This document shows, piece by piece, positions 7,506-12,706 of a stretch of DNA of 12,706 nucleotides (position 1 is its first letter; each line of letters starts with the position of its first letter). The notes beneath the pieces are model-generated. The model made no database searches and was not told the DNA's origin. It was given only the letters and a program-made list of their open reading frames with translations. The stretch is from Chlamydiota bacterium. GTDB lineage: Bacteria; Chlamydiota; Chlamydiia; Chlamydiales; SM23-39. Location: contig JBEHXF010000049.1 of the NCBI GenBank assembly GCA_048498835.1, positions 1 through 12,706 of the forward strand. Reading direction: 5' to 3'. Position numbers and translations under genes: made by a program.

Positions 7506-7571
7506 TGCGGGGCTTCCCCGCATCCTGTCGCCGCCTTGCGGCGATCCTGCCCGGCGTTTCGCCGGATCTTT
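7506..7571. repeat. Three tandem 22-nt hairpin units
   Basis: TGCGGGG-CTT-CCCCGCA-TCCTG / TCGCCGC-CTT-GCGGCGA-TCCTG / CCCGGCG-TTT-CGCCGGA-TCTTT, starting at 7506, 7528 and 7550. Confidence 0.9.
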
Positions 7572-7639
7572 GTTATTTCTCTTCTTTGTTTTCTCTCGGG
7601 GAAATTTTTCGAATTGGGCACGGCCGCTTCGCGCGAGAT

Positions 7640-9238
7640 TTAGGCTGGTTCTTTTCCTGTCATGCGGGCAAATTCGACTTCCCGTTCTTTCGGGTCCATT
7701 TTGTGAATCGTCGTATAGGCGCCGGTCGATTTAGTCTGCTTGGAGACGAGGAAGTGGTGCATGGCGCATTGAGCTACTTGGACGAAGTGAGTTACGCAAA
7801 TCAGCTGGCGCGAAGCGGCAAGAGCTTGAAGTTTTGTTCCTAAGATGGCAGCCGTTTTTCCGCCTACATTGCTATCGATCTCATCAAAAATAAGACAGGA
7901 GCTCTCTTCTTTATCGGCCAAAGCTGTTTTAAGAGCAAAGAGTAGCCGAGAGAGTTCACCACCACTTGCGCATTCGGTGAGGGGGAGAAGGGGTTGGCCT
8001 GGATTGGCTGCGAATCGGAAAGAGATGTGGTTTGCTCCATTGGGAGAGAGGGGTTTTGGTTCCAGATGAATGACAAAGGCGGCGTGTGCGAGATTGAGGT
8101 GCTTCAATTCACTCATCGTTGCGGTTGAAAGAGCGATCGCTGCCCGTTCTCGTTTTTGAGTGATTTTACTCGCTTGTAGAATGTTGGAAGCTTGTAGCTC
8201 TGCCCACTTAGTCCTGGCCAATCCGATTTCCTCATCTAAGTTTGAGAGGCGATTGACCTGTTTTTTTAACTGATCTCGAGTACTCATCACTTGTTCAAAA
8301 GAGGAGCCAAATCGTTTTTTAAGCGACTCTATTAAGCCAATTCGCTCTTCAATGGCTGTGATTCGATTTGGATCGGCGTCTAATCGGTCTACATAAGAGA
8401 GGAGAATCCCTCCCGCTTCTTCTAATTCCAGCGCGCCAGTCTTTAATAAGGTAACCGCTTCTTGCAGCTTTGGTTCTATAGACAGGAGTTGCTCCAGCTG
8501 ATAAGCCAGCCTTTTAATCGCGGGAGATACGGGCTGAGGGCCTTCTAACAATAAGCCGGTCACTGCGCCGATTTTATCAAGTAGCTCTTGTGAATGGGTT
8601 AAAAGATGGTGCTCGGCATTGAGTTTTTCCTCCTCGCCGCTTTGCCAATTGATCTCTTCGATTAGAGCCAGATCCTCTTCCGCTTTTTCTTGCTCTCGCG
8701 CGCCATTTTGTTGCATCTGCAAAAGGTGGTTTAATTCTTCTTCTGCCTGCTGCTGTGCAGTAAAGCTGTGGCTTAATCGAGAGACATCAGCATGGATACA
8801 GGCGAATGAGTCGAGAAGGTAGCGCTGCTCTTCTGATTCTGAGAGTTGAATTGAGCTGCTTTGATCGACTAGTTCAATCGAGTGACCCACGACCTGTTTT
8901 AATTGTTGAAGAGTGACGAGACTGTCTTCAATAAAGCACCGACTGCGCCCCGAACGGTGGATTTCACGTCGAATTCGGATGGGGGCATCTGGTGGCGGGA
9001 GGTCGAGATCGGGCAAAGAAGAGTGGGGTATTTTAAGAGAGGCTTCGATGATGGCAAGATCTGCTCCCTGTCGAATCAGCTGCGCGTCGGCCCTTTCGCC
9101 GAGAAGAAGCCTAATAGCAGAGAGAATCGCCGACTTACCTGATCCCGTTTCCCCCGTTAATATATTGAGGCCGGGGCCAAAGATGATCTTGGCTCTCTCT
9201 ACTAAGATAAGGTTGGAAATTTCGAGTGTTTCAATCAT
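7640..9238 (-). CDS. recN: DNA repair protein RecN
   Basis: SMC-like ATPase: Walker A GETGSGKS, central coiled coil, signature ASGGELSR, Walker B LIFDEID, VTH switch. ATGA overlap with rnhC (9235-9238). Confidence 0.96.
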   Translation of the reverse strand: MIETLEISNLILVERAKIIFGPGLNILTGETGSGKSAILSAIRLLLGERADAQLIRQGADLAIIEASLKIPHSSLPDLDLPPPDAPIRIRREIHRSGRSRCFIEDSLVTLQQLKQVVGHSIELVDQSSSIQLSESEEQRYLLDSFACIHADVSRLSHSFTAQQQAEEELNHLLQMQQNGAREQEKAEEDLALIEEINWQSGEEEKLNAEHHLLTHSQELLDKIGAVTGLLLEGPQPVSPAIKRLAYQLEQLLSIEPKLQEAVTLLKTGALELEEAGGILLSYVDRLDADPNRITAIEERIGLIESLKKRFGSSFEQVMSTRDQLKKQVNRLSNLDEEIGLARTKWAELQASNILQASKITQKRERAAIALSTATMSELKHLNLAHAAFVIHLEPKPLSPNGANHISFRFAANPGQPLLPLTECASGGELSRLLFALKTALADKEESSCLIFDEIDSNVGGKTAAILGTKLQALAASRQLICVTHFVQVAQCAMHHFLVSKQTKSTGAYTTIHKMDPKEREVEFARMTGKEPA

Positions 9239-10128
9239 CCGAGCACTTCTTTGGTAGTCTTAAAGTGGGTTTTCGCTACCTGATGTAGGATTTCAGGCCC
9301 AAACTTGGCTACGAGTTTGGACGCGGTGGCTTTCACAAGAGCGGAAGCGCCCTTCGGCAACTCCACGCCATGCTCATCGCCTAGTTCCTTAATTCCTTCA
9401 ACGAAGGCCGCGCGCGCCAAAATAGAGGCTGCAGCGACAACGACATCTTCTTCACCCCGCACCTTTTGCACGAGGTTGACGTCGATCTTTTTTTGCTGAA
9501 GCTGTCGTTCAACCACGCTTTTGTCTGCAAATTGGTCGAGGATCGCATCCTTGCATCCACTTTTTTGAGCCACATCGCCCAATGCGGCAGCGTGGGCCCA
9601 ACCTAACAGTCGGTTCAGGTTTTTAAACTTGCCGTACAGTTCATTGTATTTTGCTGGAAAGAGCCGAATCACAGTAAAAGTAAACGCGGGGCGGATTTTT
9701 TTCGCCAGCTTGAGGATCGAATCGTCGCTAAAGCGCTTACTATCTTTTACGCCCCACTCTACGAGCTGTTTAATGCCATTGGCATCGGCAAATAAAGCCG
9801 CAATGCAAAGGGGGCCAAAGAAATCGCCTTTACCCGCCTCGTCCATGCCGATATGAGGGGTCAAATCGGTATGAGCGACGGGGTGAGAAAATTTAAACTC
9901 TTTTAAAATCTCGGGCTCGAGATAAAACTCAATGAAAGGCTGCATCTCTTTTCCTTGCACCGTCAGTTTGCCCGACTCATATAAGGTGCAGGACACTCCT
10001 TTCTTCTTGGCGGAAAAAACGGTGTAGGGCGGTTTCGACAATTCAAAGTCTTGCGCTTTTAAATCTTCTTTTAATTTATTGGCGAGACGAACGTCGATCG
10101 TGGCGGAGAAACAAGCTGATTTGGTCAT
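9235..10128 (-). CDS. rnhC: Ribonuclease HIII
   Basis: N-terminal TBP-like domain (LYESGKLTVQG), then catalytic DEAGKGDFFGP, VKDSK, ILDQF, VAAASILAR and KTHFKT motifs. Confidence 0.96.
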   Translation of the reverse strand: MTKSACFSATIDVRLANKLKEDLKAQDFELSKPPYTVFSAKKKGVSCTLYESGKLTVQGKEMQPFIEFYLEPEILKEFKFSHPVAHTDLTPHIGMDEAGKGDFFGPLCIAALFADANGIKQLVEWGVKDSKRFSDDSILKLAKKIRPAFTFTVIRLFPAKYNELYGKFKNLNRLLGWAHAAALGDVAQKSGCKDAILDQFADKSVVERQLQQKKIDVNLVQKVRGEEDVVVAAASILARAAFVEGIKELGDEHGVELPKGASALVKATASKLVAKFGPEILHQVAKTHFKTTKEVLG

Positions 10129-10134
10129 GTGTAT

Positions 10135-10164
10135 ATATTAAATGTACGAGTTGATATCATGCAA
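10135..10164 (-). promoter_or_regulatory. Candidate sigma66 promoter of rnhC-recN
   Basis: Minus strand TTGCAT (10164-10159) - 18 nt - TAATAT (10140-10135), 6 nt before ATG 10128. No Shine-Dalgarno. Confidence 0.5.
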
Positions 10165-10183
10165 TTCTAACTTCGGAGGCGAT

Positions 10184-10591
10184 ATGTCGGATAGCTTAAA
10201 GAAAATGGGCGAAGAGTTTCGCGGCAAGCGTGAAGAAATGAACTTGACGCTGAAGGAAGTGGAAAATGCCACATCGATTCGGATGCTTTATTTACAGGCA
10301 ATTGAAGAGGGGAGGGTCAACCATTTTCTATCGACTGTGTATGCGCTTGGATTTATCCGCCAGTATGCAAATTTTCTTGGCTTCGATGCTGAAAAATTGT
10401 TGAAAGATCATCCCGAAGCATTTCGTCTCGCTCCGGAAAAACAAGATTTTGCTTATGGAATTGGCACGCTTGAAATGCGCGGCAGTCCACATGGTGGAGT
10501 GCGGTGGGTGCCGAATTTATTATGGGGTTCAGCGATTCTACTCGTCGGGATTTGCGCTTGGTTTTTCGCAAAAGCTCTGGGAGTTTTCTAG
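10184..10591 (+). CDS. rodZ: RodZ-like (chlamydial CT009/YfgA-type) XRE helix-turn-helix membrane protein
   Basis: GGAGG at 10175-10179 fixes the start at ATG 10184. HTH REEMNLTLKEVENATSIRMLYLQAIEEG, then VYALGFIRQYANFLG and a single C-terminal TM helix. Adjacent to rnhC, as in Chlamydia. Confidence 0.85.
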   Translation: MSDSLKKMGEEFRGKREEMNLTLKEVENATSIRMLYLQAIEEGRVNHFLSTVYALGFIRQYANFLGFDAEKLLKDHPEAFRLAPEKQDFAYGIGTLEMRGSPHGGVRWVPNLLWGSAILLVGICAWFFAKALGVF

Positions 10592-10596
10592 AATAT

Positions 10597-10625
10597 TTGT
10601 ATAGAAATACCCAAAAGAGTATGGT
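10597..10625 (+). promoter_or_regulatory. Candidate sigma66 promoter of pkn1
   Basis: TTGTAT (10597-10602) - 17 nt - TATGGT (10620-10625), 8 nt before ATG 10634. Confidence 0.5.
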
Positions 10626-10633
10626 CGAAAGAT

Positions 10634-12478
10634 ATGGTTGAACAGCTCGGCGATTACATTGTCCTTAAACAGTTGGGGCAGGGTCCATTTGGAGCGGTCT
10701 TCTTAGCGGAGCACCGTTTCATCAAGCGCCAATTTGTCTTAAAAGCTCTCCCGGAAGAGATATCGACCGATCCTCATTTCCTACGTCGTTTTGAGATGCA
10801 GGTGAGCGAAATCGCTGCTCTAGATCACCCGAATATCTCCAAAATTCACAACGTCTCGATCCATCAGGGCAGAGCTTATCTCGTCACCGATCCAGTCGTC
10901 GATTCACTCGGTGAGACGATGCATCTCGATCGCTTTTTGAATTTGCGCGGCAAATCACTTTTAGAAGAAGAACAACTCACTTTGCTTCGCGCTCTCGCCT
11001 CTGGCATTGACGCAGCGCATGAAGCGGGCGTCCCGCATGGCGGAATCAAGCTCACGAATGTGCTCGTGGCTCCCGATGGAGCCGAAGTTAAATTGATCTT
11101 GTCCGATTTCGGAATCACTCGCTTGATTGGTGAAGGAGTCGCTTTTGTTCGTCTATGCGAACAAATTGCCCGCGCCTTAATTCCTGGCGCAAGTGGCGAG
11201 CGGGCGCAAGAGCTCAGCCGCCAATTTTTGAAAAGCTTTGGCTTTTTAGCGCCTGAACAAAAAACGCTCCAGCCCGATACAGTCACCACCAAATGTGATG
11301 CTTATGCTTTTGGCGTTTTAACCTATTACATGTTGATGGGTCGCTTGCCTGAAGGGTGCTTTGATCTCCCTTCTCGTGCCCTCGGAAACCATCAGCTCAA
11401 TTGGGATCTCTTCATCAATCGCTGCTTGCAAAGCAATCCGAATGTGCGACCGCAAAAACTGGTCTCGGCGATGGACGAATATCTGCGCGCGCCTCGATCG
11501 GTTTCACGCGAGATGCATTCTCTGTCAGAAATCGAGCCGAAGGTCGATAGCCTACTGCAGATGGCATTTGAATTTCCCGGTAAAGCTGAGGCCCAAGTGG
11601 TCGCTGCAGCTCCCGTTCAAGACAACTTAAAACCAGTGTTAAAGCCGACCGAAATCGCACGGCCTGAATATGAACCCGATCCGGGCGCTATTTTTCAACG
11701 CGATATGATGGTTTCCCACTATGAACCTAAAAAAGTCGAAGTGAGAGAAGTGGAGCCGATCCTCACCGAAATGATCGTAATCCCTGGCGGGGCCTATCCA
11801 CGCGGTAGCAACGAAGGGGCTCGCGATGAGATGCCGCGCCATGTTGTCACTTTGCCCAGCTTTGCGATCGACGTACACCCCGTTACAAATGAACAATTCG
11901 TCCGATTCTTACAGGCGATGGGCGGCGAGAAAGATCGAAATAACAATGACATCATCCGCCTCCGCGATTCCCGCATCAAGCGCTCCGGGGGCAAGCTCGT
12001 GATTGAATCGGGTTATGCCAAACACCCCGTTGTCGGCGTCACCTGGTATGGGGCAACTGCTTACGCCCGCTGGATAGGCAAGCGCCTTCCAACAGAAGCG
12101 GAATGGGAAGCGGCAGCTACGGGCGGTCGAGACAATTACATGTACCCAACCGGTATAGAAATTGAGAGGACTCAGGCCAATTTCTTTAGCTCGGACACAA
12201 CCCCGGTCATGAGTTATCCTCCGAACGCCTTTGGCATTTATGACATGGCTGGAAACGTCTATGATTGGTGCCAAGATTGGTATGCCTACAACTATTACGA
12301 CGCTTCTGCGGTTGAGCCGAACAACCCACAAGGTCCACCTCAAGGCGTTTATCGCGTCTTGCGAGGCGGCTGCTGGAAGAGCCTAAAAGAAGATCTTCGC
12401 TGCGCTCATCGTCACCGCAATAACCCAGGCGCTGTGAACGGAACCTACGGCTTCCGCTGCGCCGCCGACGTCTCTTAG
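10634..12478 (+). CDS. pkn1: Pkn1-type Ser/Thr kinase-like domain fused to a C-terminal FGE-sulfatase (SUMF1-like) domain
   Basis: Kinase motifs LGQGPFGAV, VLK, DFG, APE, DAYAFG. FGE-fold motifs RLPTEAEWE, DMAGNVYDW, RVLRGGCW, GFRC. 614 aa, matching the chlamydial Pkn1 architecture. Confidence 0.92.
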   Translation: MVEQLGDYIVLKQLGQGPFGAVFLAEHRFIKRQFVLKALPEEISTDPHFLRRFEMQVSEIAALDHPNISKIHNVSIHQGRAYLVTDPVVDSLGETMHLDRFLNLRGKSLLEEEQLTLLRALASGIDAAHEAGVPHGGIKLTNVLVAPDGAEVKLILSDFGITRLIGEGVAFVRLCEQIARALIPGASGERAQELSRQFLKSFGFLAPEQKTLQPDTVTTKCDAYAFGVLTYYMLMGRLPEGCFDLPSRALGNHQLNWDLFINRCLQSNPNVRPQKLVSAMDEYLRAPRSVSREMHSLSEIEPKVDSLLQMAFEFPGKAEAQVVAAAPVQDNLKPVLKPTEIARPEYEPDPGAIFQRDMMVSHYEPKKVEVREVEPILTEMIVIPGGAYPRGSNEGARDEMPRHVVTLPSFAIDVHPVTNEQFVRFLQAMGGEKDRNNNDIIRLRDSRIKRSGGKLVIESGYAKHPVVGVTWYGATAYARWIGKRLPTEAEWEAAATGGRDNYMYPTGIEIERTQANFFSSDTTPVMSYPPNAFGIYDMAGNVYDWCQDWYAYNYYDASAVEPNNPQGPPQGVYRVLRGGCWKSLKEDLRCAHRHRNNPGAVNGTYGFRCAADVS

Positions 12479-12505
12479 AGGGCGCTCTTCCAATCAGCGA
12501 AAAGA

Positions 12506-12606
12506 AAATCACAGAGTTTCGCAGAGAAGAAATGGGAAAGAAATCAAAATTCAGAATTTTTCCTCTGTGTGGCTCTCTCTTCCATCTCTGTGTAACTCTG
12601 TGATTT
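12506..12606. repeat. REP-like inverted repeat element (CACAGAG/CTCTGTG type)
   Basis: Arms 12506-12527 and 12585-12606 match at 20/22, including a perfect AAATCACAGAGTT / AACTCTGTGATTT. An extra CTCTGTG is at 12563-12569. Confidence 0.8.
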
Positions 12607-12644
12607 ATTTCTCTTGAAAATTCATTACATAACACCCTCTTCGC

Positions 12645-12673
12645 TTGTATAAAAAAGTTTTGTAGTTCATGGT
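12645..12673 (+). promoter_or_regulatory. Candidate promoter for the next gene
   Basis: TTGTAT (12645-12650) - 17 nt - CATGGT (12668-12673), closely resembling the pkn1 upstream element. Confidence 0.4.
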
Positions 12674-12691
12674 GAACGAAAGAGGTTCAGC

Positions 12692-12706
12692 ATGCAGAAA
12701 GAGTCG
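12692..12706 (+). CDS. Probable start of the next gene (MQKES...), truncated by the window edge
   Basis: GAGG at 12682-12685, 6 nt before ATG 12692. Only 5 codons are visible, so the product cannot be assigned. Confidence 0.35.

Larger units (their letters stand above)
7443..7631. repeat. 15-bp direct repeats GGCACGGCCGCTTCG (7443-7457, 7617-7631) bracketing a structured intergenic element
   Basis: Exact 15-nt match read from the sequence. An extra partial copy GGCACGG is at 7431-7437. Confidence 0.85.

Noticed and set aside
7418..7621. 67-aa basic ORF on the minus strand (and + strand ORFs 7357-7734, 7457-7843)
   Set aside because: These are translations of the repeat/hairpin element and T/A tracts (NHREHRKKKK, VPESVPE). 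They have no convincing RBS and are better explained as non-coding.
7431..7633. CRISPR array or integron attC cassette
   Set aside because: There are only two 15-bp repeats, no 23-47 bp repeats with unique spacers, no cas or integrase gene, and no attC-type RYYYAAC...GTTRRRY structure was recognised.
31..7633. Retron-like system (ExoVII plus structured ncRNA)
   Set aside because: ExoVII processes some msDNAs, but there is no reverse transcriptase in the window and xseAB are ordinary core genes.
10142..10183. Longer 149-aa start for the HTH protein
   Set aside because: It would overlap the rnhC promoter region, and GGAGG supports ATG 10184.
49..12343. Numerous short alternative-frame ORFs inside xseA, the orphan gene, the beta-barrel, recN, rnhC and pkn1
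   Set aside because: They overlap well-supported genes and show no recognisable motifs or RBS, as expected for shadow ORFs.
12207..12635. 142-aa minus-strand ORF
   Set aside because: It is antisense to the conserved pkn1 3' end and runs through the palindromic repeat, so it is a shadow ORF.

Overview
This window looks like a chromosomal segment of a Chlamydiota bacterium, probably an environmental chlamydia. That is an inference from the combination of RNase HIII, a short RodZ/CT009-like HTH membrane protein and a Pkn1-type kinase-FGE fusion. Core genes flank the window: xseA-xseB on the left, and recN-rnhC, rodZ-like and pkn1 on the right. Between them is a ~6 kb accessory block of unassigned genes. 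It holds an AT-rich ~720-aa helical-repeat protein ending in a classical bipartite NLS-like motif, two overlapping coiled-coil proteins, an outer-membrane beta-barrel and two tandem paralogous ~120-aa membrane proteins. The most unusual non-coding feature is at 7431-7633: three hairpins at an exact 22-nt period with different stem sequences but the same geometry and linker, bracketed by 15-bp direct repeats. A REP-like CACAGAG/CTCTGTG inverted repeat follows pkn1. Several genes have sigma66-like promoters placed so that their mRNAs would be leaderless or nearly so. No rRNA, tRNA, CRISPR array or transposase was recognised. All calls are by eye; no database search was run.
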